DNA of 63,969 nucleotides, filler included, from an uncultured Gemmatimonadota bacterium (GTDB taxonomy: Bacteria > Blakebacterota > Blakebacteria > Blakebacterales > Blakebacteraceae), in NCBI GenBank assembly GCA_964576115.1. It is 3 parts of 3 records of this genome, joined end to end, with 100 filler letters (N's around TTAATTAATTAA, not from the genome) between each part and the next. Parts side by side here need not be neighbours in the genome. Positions count along the whole stretch, not along the records: positions 1 to 26,487 come from CAZNUA010000048.1; positions 26,588 to 52,115 come from CAZNUA010000049.1; 1 more part is not named here. The stretch is one strand, 5' to 3'. Below the pieces are notes generated by a model, which worked only from the letters and a program-made list of their open reading frames with translations, did not search any database and was not told the DNA's origin. A program made the translations under genes and the position numbers. This document shows, piece by piece, positions 19,017-28,375 of the stretch. Position 1 is the first letter of the stretch; each line of letters starts with the position of its first letter.

Positions 19017-20504
19017 ATGACCGACGAACGCACGGCCCGAGACAGCATGGGCGAGATCGCCGTACCCGCCGCAGCGTACTGGGATGCGCAGACTGCCCGG
19101 GCGCGACAGAATTTCCCCATCTCGGGAACAACACCCCTGCCCGCCTTCGTTCGGGCGGGCGGAACCGTCAAATGGGCCACGGCCTCGGCCAATACCGAAC
19201 TCGGTCTCCTCGATCCCGAACTCGGGCGGGCCATTATCCGGGCCGCCGGGGAGGTCGCAGCGGGAGAACTGGCGGATGAGTTCGTGGTCGACATCTTCCA
19301 GGCCGGGGCCGGCACCAGCCATCACATGAACCTCAACGAGGTCCTGGCCAGCCGGGCGGCCGAGATTCTGGGGGGCGAGCGGGGCGATTTCTCCCGTGTA
19401 CATCCCAACGACCACGTCAACTTCGGACAGAGCACCAACGACGTCATACCCACCATCATCAGGATTGCGGCTCTGAACCTGAGCAGAGTCCTGCTCGAGA
19501 ACCTCGACCGGCTGGCCGAGGCTTTCTCGGAGAAAGCCGGCCAATTCGACGAGGTCCTGAAGAGCGGGCGTACCCACCTGCAGGACGCCGTCCCCGTCCG
19601 GCTGGGTCAGGAGTTCGCCGCCTGGGCGGCGACCCTGCGGGAGAGCCGGGACGGGATCGCCCGCGCCCGGTGCGACTGTACCGTTCTGGGAATCGGAGGG
19701 TCGGCCACGGGGACCGGCCTGAATACCGATCCAGCCTACCGCAACCTGGTCTGCCGCCTGCTCTCCGACCGGCTGGGCGAGGAACTCACCCCGGCCGGGG
19801 ATCTGCACGCGGCGATGCAGAGCATGCTGCCGCTGGTACAGCTCTCCGGTTCACTCCGGGCCCTGGCGGTCGAGGTCGGGCGTATCTGCAACGATCTACG
19901 CCTGATGGCCAGCGGACCGCGGACCGGCCTGAGTGAAATCGAACTGCCCCCGGTTCAGCCGGGTTCGAGCATCATGCCGGGCAAGGTCAATCCGGTCATC
20001 TGCGAGATGACCAACCAGGTCTGCTTCCAGGTCATGGGTAGCGATCACGTCATCGCCCTGGCAGCCCAGGCCGGGCAGTTCGAACTGAACGTCATGATGC
20101 CGATCCTGGGGCACAATCTGCTCTGGAGCCTGCAGATCATGGCCAGTGCGCTGGACGTCCTGACCTCCCGGTGCGTACGCGGTATCACCGCCAACCGGGA
20201 GCGCTGTGCCGAATACGCCGCCCGCACGCTGGGCATCGTCACCGCCTTGAATCCCTGCCTGGGGTACGACGCTGCCTCTGAAATCGCCCGGGAAGCGGTC
20301 CGCTCGGGCCGGAGTGTCGAGGCGGTTCTGCGCCAGACCGGACTCCTGAGCGAGACCGAGATCGCCGAGATGCTCGATCCCCAGGCCATGACCGAGCCGG
20401 GCATCCCGACCTGCCGGGAAGCCGACCGGGCTCCGGTCTGGGAAAAACTCGAGGCTCTGAAAAGGAAGGCCGCCGGAGCGGGAGACAATCGGGCGGCGCC
20501 GTGA
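19017..20504 (+). CDS. aspA: Aspartate ammonia-lyase (class II fumarase/aspartase family)
   Basis: GSSIMPGKVNPVICE, GRTHLQDAVP, QSTND. VNPV rather than the FumC VNPTQ favours AspA. Confidence 0.7.
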   Translation: MTDERTARDSMGEIAVPAAAYWDAQTARARQNFPISGTTPLPAFVRAGGTVKWATASANTELGLLDPELGRAIIRAAGEVAAGELADEFVVDIFQAGAGTSHHMNLNEVLASRAAEILGGERGDFSRVHPNDHVNFGQSTNDVIPTIIRIAALNLSRVLLENLDRLAEAFSEKAGQFDEVLKSGRTHLQDAVPVRLGQEFAAWAATLRESRDGIARARCDCTVLGIGGSATGTGLNTDPAYRNLVCRLLSDRLGEELTPAGDLHAAMQSMLPLVQLSGSLRALAVEVGRICNDLRLMASGPRTGLSEIELPPVQPGSSIMPGKVNPVICEMTNQVCFQVMGSDHVIALAAQAGQFELNVMMPILGHNLLWSLQIMASALDVLTSRCVRGITANRERCAEYAARTLGIVTALNPCLGYDAASEIAREAVRSGRSVEAVLRQTGLLSETEIAEMLDPQAMTEPGIPTCREADRAPVWEKLEALKRKAAGAGDNRAAP

Positions 20505-20528
20505 GATCGATTGCGGCCAGGCCCGGGA

Positions 20529-22955
20529 TTACTCCGATCTCAGGGCCTTGACCGGATCGACGCTGGTCGCCCGCCGGGCCGGGAGCCAGCTCGCGAACAA
20601 GGTCAGCAGCGCCAGCCCGGCAGTGACGCAGGCGTACACGACCGGATCACCGGGATCAACCCCGTAGAGGATGCTCTCGAGCACGCGCATGGTGGCCCAG
20701 GCGACTGCCAGCCCGATCGAGAGTCCGATCGCCAGCAACAGCGCTCCCCGTCCCAGAACCAACCGCACGACATCCCCACTGCCCGCACCCAGAGCGAGCC
20801 TGATGCCGAATTCATGCACCCGCTGTGACACGGTCCAAGCCACCACCCCGTAGACCCCGACCACCGCCAGCACCAGTGCCACGACACTGAAGATGCTGAA
20901 GAGCCAGGCGTAGAGCGGCACCTCCCAGTTGGCTTCCTCCACGACCTGCTCCATCGTCCTGAGCGCAAAGAGAGGCAAATCGGAATCCTCGGCCCAGATC
21001 GCCTCGCGGACCGCCCCGGCGAGAGCGAGCGGTTCACGTTCGGTCCGCACCACGTAGCATCCACCCCGGACCACCCCCGGCTGCAATGGGTAGTACACAC
21101 AGGGCCGCGGCGCCCGGTTCAGGTTCCGCTGGTGCACGTCGGCCACCAGACCCACGACCTGGTACCAGCCCCCCTCTTCGGGGTCGCGGGAAAAACGCAG
21201 CCAGCGGCCCAGGGGATCCTGCCCCGGCCAGCAGACTCCGGCCAAATGCTCGTTCACGATCGCGATTTGGGAGGCACCGGCCAGCAGATCGTAGTCGGTC
21301 ACGTCCCGCCCTTTGAGTAAGGGGATCTGCATCGTTCTGAAATAATCGGGCATGATCGCCCGCACGTTGGTCGTCGTCCGGGCGTCGGCGTTGGGATCTT
21401 CGGTGTCCCAGTATACCCGGCGGGCCGTATTGGCGTCGCTCATGGGCAGGTGAGAAATGAGGGACGTCCCGGTTACCCCCGGGATCGTCCCGATACGCTC
21501 GAGGGTGCTTTCGAAGAAAAGTGTCGGTTCTCCCCCGGTCCAGTACCGGCCGGCCTCGAGTTCTACCCGCAGGGTCAGAAGGTCGCTGCGCTCGAATCCC
21601 GGATGCACCAGGCGGGTCTTCATGAAACCCTTGATCATGAGACCGGCCGCAACCAGAACCACCAGCGCCAGGGCAACCTCGAAGGTGACCAGGAATGATC
21701 TGAACCAGCCCATGCGGGTACCGCCGCTGATCCGGGACGTCCCCTCGGCCAGCCCCTGATTCAAATCGGTTTTCATGGCCTGCAGAGCCGGCACGATCCC
21801 GAAGATGATGCCACACAGACCGGTGATGAGAATCAGGCCGGCCACGACCTGCGGTTTGATGCTGAAATCGAGATAATACGGGATTTCGACCGGCACCCCG
21901 CGCAGGACCAGGTCGCGCCCCACACCACCCAACAAGATCCCCACCGTCCCGCCGAGCAGAGCCAGCATGATGCTCTCGATCAGAAGCTGGCGCAGCACCC
22001 GCCAGCGTCCGGCTCCCAGCGCGGCCCGGATAGCGATCTCCCGCTCCCGGGCCGTGGCCCGGGCCAGGAGCAGGTTGGCCACATTGGCACAGGCCAGCAG
22101 GAGCACGAAACAGACGATGCCGTAGAGAATGAGAATCGGTTCCCGGATATCATCGACCAGGTCGTCCTTGGCACTGCGCACCAGGGGTCCGAGTCCTTCG
22201 TTGGTTTCGAGGTGCGCACGTGCCAGCCCGACACTCACAGCAGTCAGGTCCGCCCTGAGGTCGTCGCGCCGATAGCCTTCTTTCAGGCGGGCGATCACGT
22301 CCAGGAAATGGTGTCCCCAGGTGTGTTGTGGCTGCGGCTGGAAAGCCGTCCAGATGACAGCCGTGCCGGGAAAGGCGAAACCGGGCGGCATGAGGCCGAT
22401 GACCATATGCGGCCGGTCGTTCAGAGAGATCGTTTCTCCGATCACCTCCTCGTCACCGCCGAACAGACGCTGCCAGATTCCCCACCCCAGCAGAGCGACC
22501 TCCGGCGCGCCAGGCTCGCAGTCTTCGGCTCGGATCGTACGACCGGCCAGCGGTTCCACCTGCAGGACGTCATCGAGCAGACCGGCGGTCACCGCCGCTC
22601 CTTCGAGCCGTTCGGGACGGCCCCGGCCGACGAGGGAAAAACGCTGCCAATCGAGAGCGGCCAGGGCTTCGCTGGTTCGACTCTGTTCCCGCCAGGCGAT
22701 AAAGTCGGGCCAGGTCACCGAAGTGCGGTCCCACTGCCGCGAGGGAGCGGTCTGATAGACCGCCATGAGGCGCCGGGCCTGCGGAAAAGGGAGTGGATCG
22801 ATGAGGACTTCGTAGAAGAAGGTGAACATGGTGGCATTGGCGCCGATACCCAGACCCAGACAGAGAACAGCCGCGACGGTGAAGAGAGGGTTCCGGATCA
22901 GCATCCGGAAGCCGTAGCGGATATCGTGGAAGAGTGCTTTCACAATCCCGGCCAC
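20529..22955 (-). CDS. ADOP-type duplicated ABC permease (no PadR partner, no prefix domain)
   Basis: DIRYGFRML, LGIGANATMF, LACANVANLLLARA, HEFGIRLALGA, DPVKALRSE. Confidence 0.88.
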   Translation of the reverse strand: MAGIVKALFHDIRYGFRMLIRNPLFTVAAVLCLGLGIGANATMFTFFYEVLIDPLPFPQARRLMAVYQTAPSRQWDRTSVTWPDFIAWREQSRTSEALAALDWQRFSLVGRGRPERLEGAAVTAGLLDDVLQVEPLAGRTIRAEDCEPGAPEVALLGWGIWQRLFGGDEEVIGETISLNDRPHMVIGLMPPGFAFPGTAVIWTAFQPQPQHTWGHHFLDVIARLKEGYRRDDLRADLTAVSVGLARAHLETNEGLGPLVRSAKDDLVDDIREPILILYGIVCFVLLLACANVANLLLARATAREREIAIRAALGAGRWRVLRQLLIESIMLALLGGTVGILLGGVGRDLVLRGVPVEIPYYLDFSIKPQVVAGLILITGLCGIIFGIVPALQAMKTDLNQGLAEGTSRISGGTRMGWFRSFLVTFEVALALVVLVAAGLMIKGFMKTRLVHPGFERSDLLTLRVELEAGRYWTGGEPTLFFESTLERIGTIPGVTGTSLISHLPMSDANTARRVYWDTEDPNADARTTTNVRAIMPDYFRTMQIPLLKGRDVTDYDLLAGASQIAIVNEHLAGVCWPGQDPLGRWLRFSRDPEEGGWYQVVGLVADVHQRNLNRAPRPCVYYPLQPGVVRGGCYVVRTEREPLALAGAVREAIWAEDSDLPLFALRTMEQVVEEANWEVPLYAWLFSIFSVVALVLAVVGVYGVVAWTVSQRVHEFGIRLALGAGSGDVVRLVLGRGALLLAIGLSIGLAVAWATMRVLESILYGVDPGDPVVYACVTAGLALLTLFASWLPARRATSVDPVKALRSE

Positions 22956-23172
22956 CTCTGCTCATATACTCGCACCTGCACGATCTGACTTCGATCATAC
23001 TCCGGGATCATAACGGCGTCCCGTTCCTATCTGGACGGAAGAGCCAACCGGAGAGTTGCACCCGATTATGTGGTATGGTATCTGCTCGGGAACGTCACAC
23101 ATGCCCACCCGAATTTTCCGGACGGGCATTGGCTCGCAACGACCCGACGGGCAGGAGCAACGGACAACGGCC

Positions 23173-24489
23173 ATGACCGAACTCAGACGCGAACTCACTC
23201 TCTACGGGCTGACCATGGTCGCGATAGGATCCTGTATCGGTTCCGGTATCTTCCTGACCCCGGCCCAGATCGCCTCGGTGCTTCCTGCGCCCCTGTTGAT
23301 CCTGCTCGTCTGGGCCCTGGGCGGACTGATCACGCTCACGGGCGCTCTGACGTTCGCCGAACTCGGCGCCATGTTCCCGCAGGCGGGAGGGGTATACGTC
23401 TACCTGAAGGAGGCCTGGGGGGAACTGCCCGGTTTCCTCTACGGCTGGGCCTATCTGCTGATCATCACGTCGGGGGCGATCGCGGCATTGACGATCGCCT
23501 TCGCTCAATACCTGGCTTTCCTGGTTCCACTGGGACCGAACGGCATTACTGTCACCGCCATCGGGGCCATCATCGTCGTCACGGCCGTGAATATCGTGCG
23601 GGTGAAGGCGGGGGAGATTTTTTCAAATATTTTCACCGGGCTGAAACTGCTCGGCGTACTCGGCCTGATTGCAGTCGGTCTCCTGGGGGGGAAAAGCGCC
23701 ACGCTGGCGGCGCCTCCACCGACGGCACCGGCTGCCGGCACCACCCCGTTGCTGGCCGGGTTCGGCCTGGCCCTGATCGGAGTGCTCTGGTCGTACGGTG
23801 GCTGGCAGCACGCTTCCTTCGTCGCCGGTGAAGCCCGCGATCCCCGCCGGGCGGTTCCCCTGGCCATGGTCGGAGGGGCGCTCGTGGTTTCAGCCGCCTA
23901 CCTGCTGAGCAATCTGGCCTATCTCTTTCTGCTGCCGGTGGATCAGATCGCAGTCTCGAACAGCGTGGCGGCCGACGCCGTATCGACGATCATTCCCTTC
24001 GGCGGCAGCGTTATCGCCATTGTCATCGCCCTCTCGGTTTTCGGAACGGCCGGTATTTACACTCTCTCGGCACCGCGCATCTACTACGCCATGGCCGACG
24101 ATGGTCTCTTCTTCAGGGCTCTGGCAAAGGTCCATCCCCGCTTCCGCACGCCGGTCAACGCCATTGTGACCCAGTCGGCGTGGGCGATTCTGCTGCTGCT
24201 CTTCTGGGGAACTTTCGAGGACGTCATCACCTACGTGGTCTTCACCGACTGGCTTTTCTTCGCCCTGACCGGAGCCGGGGTTTTGATCCTGCGCCGCCGG
24301 CGTCCCGAAGCCAAACGCCCATACCGGGTTTTCGGATACCCCGTCACACCAATCATCTTCGTCACCATCTCGGGTTTCTTCGTGATCAATACCCTGATCG
24401 AACGCCCTCTTCACGCCCTGGCCGGCCTGATCCTCATGGGCCTGGGAGTCGTTGCATACTTTGCTTTCCGGAGCCGGGTCAGTTCTTGA
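23173..24489 (+). CDS. APC superfamily amino acid permease
   Basis: IGSGIF, AELGAMFPQAGG, WSYGGW, AGEARDP, RPYRVFGYP. Confidence 0.9.
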   Translation: MTELRRELTLYGLTMVAIGSCIGSGIFLTPAQIASVLPAPLLILLVWALGGLITLTGALTFAELGAMFPQAGGVYVYLKEAWGELPGFLYGWAYLLIITSGAIAALTIAFAQYLAFLVPLGPNGITVTAIGAIIVVTAVNIVRVKAGEIFSNIFTGLKLLGVLGLIAVGLLGGKSATLAAPPPTAPAAGTTPLLAGFGLALIGVLWSYGGWQHASFVAGEARDPRRAVPLAMVGGALVVSAAYLLSNLAYLFLLPVDQIAVSNSVAADAVSTIIPFGGSVIAIVIALSVFGTAGIYTLSAPRIYYAMADDGLFFRALAKVHPRFRTPVNAIVTQSAWAILLLLFWGTFEDVITYVVFTDWLFFALTGAGVLILRRRRPEAKRPYRVFGYPVTPIIFVTISGFFVINTLIERPLHALAGLILMGLGVVAYFAFRSRVSS

Positions 24490-25912
24490 ACTCATCCTTG
24501 TTCAGACCATAACTCTTCATCTTGCCATAGAGCGAGCGGGGTTCGATGCCGGCCAGTTCGGCCGTCTCGCCGATCCGCCCGCCGGTCTGCTCGAGAAGAC
24601 GGGTCAGATAGTCTTTCTCCACCCGGCGGACCGCCTGAGCCCGCACCTCTCTGATCGATCGCGCGTACCATTCCTCGGGGATTCGAATGGTAAACTCACC
24701 GCCGTCATCGGGGCCGCTCGAGCCGGGGGGAACCGTCCGCAGAACGGTGAGTTCGTCCGGCAGGTCCAGAGTGTCGATAGTATCATCCCGGCAGAGAAGA
24801 ACCGCCCGTTCGAGAACATTGATCAGTTCCCGGATGTTTCCCGGCCAGTGGTAACGGCTGAGTAGTTCTACGGCGTCGTGTGAGATACCCTGGATCTGTT
24901 TGCCCGTGCGCGAGGCTATCTCGCGGGTGAAAGACTCAGCCAGCAGGGGAAGGTCGGCCAGCCGTTCCCGCAGGGGAGGCATTTCGACCGTCACGGTACC
25001 GAGGCGAAGATAGAGATCGTTTCGCAATCGCCCCTCTTCCAGCTCACGCTGAACATCCCGGCTGGTGGAGGCGATGACCCGCAGGTCCACCGGGATGCCG
25101 TTGCCGGCCCCGTTCGCCCGCACCTCGTGGTTTTCGAGCGTCCAGAGAAGCTTGACCTGGAGATGGATCGGCAAGTCACAGATCTCGTCGATGAAAAGAG
25201 TGCCGCCGTGAGCCAGTTCGAGACCGCCCCTCTGGACGGGAGAGGTGCCGACAGGAGTATCTCCCACCTGACCGAACAGGTGACTTTCGATTACCGGGTC
25301 AGGGGCGCCGCTGCAGTTGATCGCCAGAAAGGGGCCGTCGGCCCGGCGACTGGCGTAATGTATGGCTCGGGCCAGCCGTTCTTTCCCCACCCCGGTTTCT
25401 CCCCGTACCAACAGGGGGTACTCGCTGTCCACCGCCCGCCGCACGACCTGCAGGAACTGCTGCATCGCTTCGCTCGAGGCAACGAAGTCGGTGAGGGCCG
25501 GCTTCCTGACCGCCCGCCGGGCGGTGAAGACTTCATGAAGGATTTCTTTTCGATGCCGGATGATAGAAGTGAAAATATCGGCGAGCTGATCGTCGGAGAG
25601 GGTACGCGGCAGAAGCACTTCCATGCCGGAACCCTTCATCAGGGCCTGCTCTTGGATCCCGAAATCATCGGTCAGTACGACGACGGCGCGCGAATATCCC
25701 GTGCCGGTCAATTCCCGGGCGCTGTCGGCGACCGGTTCCGGCAGAACGCTACGTTCGATAACCATGATGTCGCAGGGATAGTCGAGGAGCAGATCGTAAT
25801 CGATCTGGTCTTCTGTCAGGGAAATGAGCGTGACGTCATCATGCTGTATCAGGCGTTCAAACCGGTCCCGATCACGATCGTTGCCGATAGCATTTAGAAC
25901 TCGCAGGAGCAC
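24479..25912 (-). CDS. Atypical NtrC/Fis-family AAA+ regulator (pseudo-receiver, AAA+, Fis HTH)
   Basis: Walker A GETGVGKE, Walker B TLFIDEI, PPLRER, WPGNIREL, C-terminal HTH. GAFTGA loop replaced by DTPVGT. Confidence 0.85.
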   Translation of the reverse strand: MLLRVLNAIGNDRDRDRFERLIQHDDVTLISLTEDQIDYDLLLDYPCDIMVIERSVLPEPVADSARELTGTGYSRAVVVLTDDFGIQEQALMKGSGMEVLLPRTLSDDQLADIFTSIIRHRKEILHEVFTARRAVRKPALTDFVASSEAMQQFLQVVRRAVDSEYPLLVRGETGVGKERLARAIHYASRRADGPFLAINCSGAPDPVIESHLFGQVGDTPVGTSPVQRGGLELAHGGTLFIDEICDLPIHLQVKLLWTLENHEVRANGAGNGIPVDLRVIASTSRDVQRELEEGRLRNDLYLRLGTVTVEMPPLRERLADLPLLAESFTREIASRTGKQIQGISHDAVELLSRYHWPGNIRELINVLERAVLLCRDDTIDTLDLPDELTVLRTVPPGSSGPDDGGEFTIRIPEEWYARSIREVRAQAVRRVEKDYLTRLLEQTGGRIGETAELAGIEPRSLYGKMKSYGLNKDEFKN

Positions 25913-26206
25913 GACACACCCCCATCGGTTGAATCGGAATCATCCCCTCGGGCGTATGGAGGATCCGACCCCGCCAGAAGCCGGTTCTCCCGCTCTTCTT
26001 CTTGTATGACACCTTAGACCCGGCTGTCCTTTACCACAGACACCGATTTTTTCAGCCTGGATGCAGACATTTTTCCCCGGTTTCGGACATCTTCGTTCCG
26101 TTTCGGGTGCTTTTTTCCGTTTCCGGCCCCCCACTCTTCTTCGGGACCTCGAAATCTCTGTCAGAGACCTTTACCTCCGGGTTCGATGTGATCTAGTATC
26201 CCACGC

Positions 26207-26419
26207 ATGACTCACGCCCTTGAGCCAGATCAGGCGAGGTCCCGTCCGCACCTGGATCCGGCTGTCGAAAGCCTGCCGAGCCCCGAGCCGGAAGATGACA
26301 ACAACAGACAGGATCCGCCAGCGGACGAACCGGAGGATAAGGCTGAGGACGTGAAAGGCCCGCCCGATCCTTTCACCGGGCACGATGGTGCCGACAGCTC
26401 CTACCTGGACCGGGCCTGA
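26207..26419 (+). CDS. Small acidic/Pro-rich hypothetical protein
   Basis: 70-aa ORF divergent from the regulator and followed by a strong hairpin; no recognisable domain. Confidence 0.4.
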   Translation: MTHALEPDQARSRPHLDPAVESLPSPEPEDDNNRQDPPADEPEDKAEDVKGPPDPFTGHDGADSSYLDRA

Positions 26420-26433
26420 ACCCGGATAATACA

Positions 26434-26476
26434 CACCCGCCGCCCGACCCCCGTGGCTGGGGCCGGACGGCGGGTG
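26434..26476 (+). terminator. GC-rich hairpin after the small ORF
   Basis: CACCCGCCGCCCG...CGGACGGCGGGTG inverted repeat; weak U-tract. Confidence 0.45.
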
Positions 26477-26487
26477 CCGTTTCCCCG

Positions 26488-26587
26488 NNNNNNNNNNNNN
26501 NNNNNNNNNNNNNNNNNNNNNNNNNNNNNNNTTAATTAATTAANNNNNNNNNNNNNNNNNNNNNNNNNNNNNNNNNNNNNNNNNNNN
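26488..26587. other. Artificial contig join (N + TTAATTAATTAA + N)
   Basis: 100-bp block centred on a six-frame stop linker at 26532-26543. Confidence 0.95.
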
Positions 26588-26588
26588 G

Positions 26589-28373
26589 ATGAGCTCGCAT
26601 CCGAGAAACCGCTGCCGCCGCCGGGAGCGGGTGATGACCGTCACGGCCCTGACCGCTCTGCTGGCCGGCCTGGTGGCCACCGCGCCACCGGTACGGGCCC
26701 AATCCTTCGGAGTCCCCGTCTCCGATCCCAGGGTGGAACTGCGCTTCGACCGCTATCACGACTACGACGCCGTCGGTGAGGCTCTCGACCAACTGCTTGC
26801 CGCCTGGCCCGACCTGCTGCGCCTCGATGTGATCGGCCAGTCCTGGGAGGGACGCGACATGCGGGTGGTCGTGATCAACAATCCCGAGACCGGGCCCGAC
26901 ACCGCCAAGACCGCCTTCTGGGTCGACGGCAATATCCACGGCAACGAAATCCAGGGGATCGAGGTCAACCTCTACCTGATCTGGTTCCTGACCGAGAACT
27001 ACGGCGTGCTGCCCGAGGTGACGCGACTGGTTGACGAACGGGCCTTCTACGTCTGCATGACCCAGAATCCCGACGGCTCGCAGTACTGGTTCGATTATGC
27101 CAACACCGGCTCCTCGAGCCGCAGCGGCACCCGGCCGCTCGATTCCGACAACGACGGCCGGGTCGACGAAGACGGCTACGACGATCTGGACGGCGACGGC
27201 AACATCGTCCAGATGCGCATGTACGTGCCGGGTGAGGGGAACATGAACATCAGCCCTGTCGACGACCGCCTGATGGTGCGCTGCGAACAGGGCGAGAGCG
27301 GCGACTGGATCACACTGGGCTATGAAGGAATCGACAACGACGGCGACGGCCGTCTGAACGAGGACGGGCCCGGCGGGTACGATCTGAACCGGAACTGGCC
27401 GGCCGACTGGCAGCCGAACTGGATCCAGGGGGGTGCCCACTGGTATCCCCTCTCCAATCCCGAGTCGCGGTCGGTGGCCGACTTTCTCGAGTCGCATCCG
27501 AATGTGGCCGGAGTGCAGTCGTGGCACAACATGGGCGGCATGATCCTGCGCGGTCCCGGCACCCAGGATCACGGTGACTACACCCGGCGCGACCGCCAGG
27601 CTCTGGACTGGATCGCCGAGCGGGGCGAGCTGATTCTGCCCTACTACCGCTACATGGTCCTCTGGCGCGACCTTTACCCGGTTCACGGCGGCTTCATCGA
27701 CTACACCTACGACGACCTGGGCATCTTCAGTTTCTCGAACGAACTCTGGTCTAACCGGCAGTACTACAACGAAGCCTGGACCGAGGACAGCCCGGTACCC
27801 GCCGAACAGCAGGAGCTCTTCTACAACGACGCTCTCGGCATGGGGGCCTGGTACGTGGACTGGCACGAAGTCGAGCATCCGCAGTACGGGACGATCCAGG
27901 TGGGAGGCTGGGCCAAATACTACGGCCGCATGACTCCACCCTACATGCTGCAGGAACTCTGTCACCGTAACGCCATGTTCGCTCTCTTCCACGCCGACCA
28001 GATGCCCCTGGTCGAACTGGGCGAGGTGAGCGTCGAGCGGCTTTCGGGCAACACCTGGCAGGTAACCGCTTCGGCCCGCAACCTGCGCGTGCTTCCCACC
28101 CGGGCCGATGTAGCCCGGCGCAACCGGATCGGCCTGCCCGACGTCTTCGCCCTCGAAGGAGCCGAGGTCACTCTGGGAAGCTTCGTCTCCGGAGCCCTCG
28201 GCGACGTATTGCAACCGGTCGAACGCAACCCGGCCCGGATCGCCCTGGAAACGGGAATCGACGGACTGGCCGAAGTTACGGTACGCTGGATCGTGACCGG
28301 CCGGGGTCCGGTCACCGTCACCTATACGAGCCAGAAGGGGGGTACGGTCAGCCGGACGGTTGACCTGCGCTGA
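26589..28373 (+). CDS. Secreted M14 zinc carboxypeptidase family protein
   Basis: GNIHGNE (HxxE), NPDG, DLNRNW, SWHNMGG; signal peptide; several DxDxDG loops. Start 26589 or 26634. Confidence 0.88.
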   Translation: MSSHPRNRCRRRERVMTVTALTALLAGLVATAPPVRAQSFGVPVSDPRVELRFDRYHDYDAVGEALDQLLAAWPDLLRLDVIGQSWEGRDMRVVVINNPETGPDTAKTAFWVDGNIHGNEIQGIEVNLYLIWFLTENYGVLPEVTRLVDERAFYVCMTQNPDGSQYWFDYANTGSSSRSGTRPLDSDNDGRVDEDGYDDLDGDGNIVQMRMYVPGEGNMNISPVDDRLMVRCEQGESGDWITLGYEGIDNDGDGRLNEDGPGGYDLNRNWPADWQPNWIQGGAHWYPLSNPESRSVADFLESHPNVAGVQSWHNMGGMILRGPGTQDHGDYTRRDRQALDWIAERGELILPYYRYMVLWRDLYPVHGGFIDYTYDDLGIFSFSNELWSNRQYYNEAWTEDSPVPAEQQELFYNDALGMGAWYVDWHEVEHPQYGTIQVGGWAKYYGRMTPPYMLQELCHRNAMFALFHADQMPLVELGEVSVERLSGNTWQVTASARNLRVLPTRADVARRNRIGLPDVFALEGAEVTLGSFVSGALGDVLQPVERNPARIALETGIDGLAEVTVRWIVTGRGPVTVTYTSQKGGTVSRTVDLR

Positions 28374-28375
28374 CC

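Noticed and set aside
26488-26587. TTAATTAATTAA palindrome within Ns (also 52160-52171)
   Set aside because: Artificial six-frame-stop contig linker. Genes on either side cannot be assumed to be neighbours.
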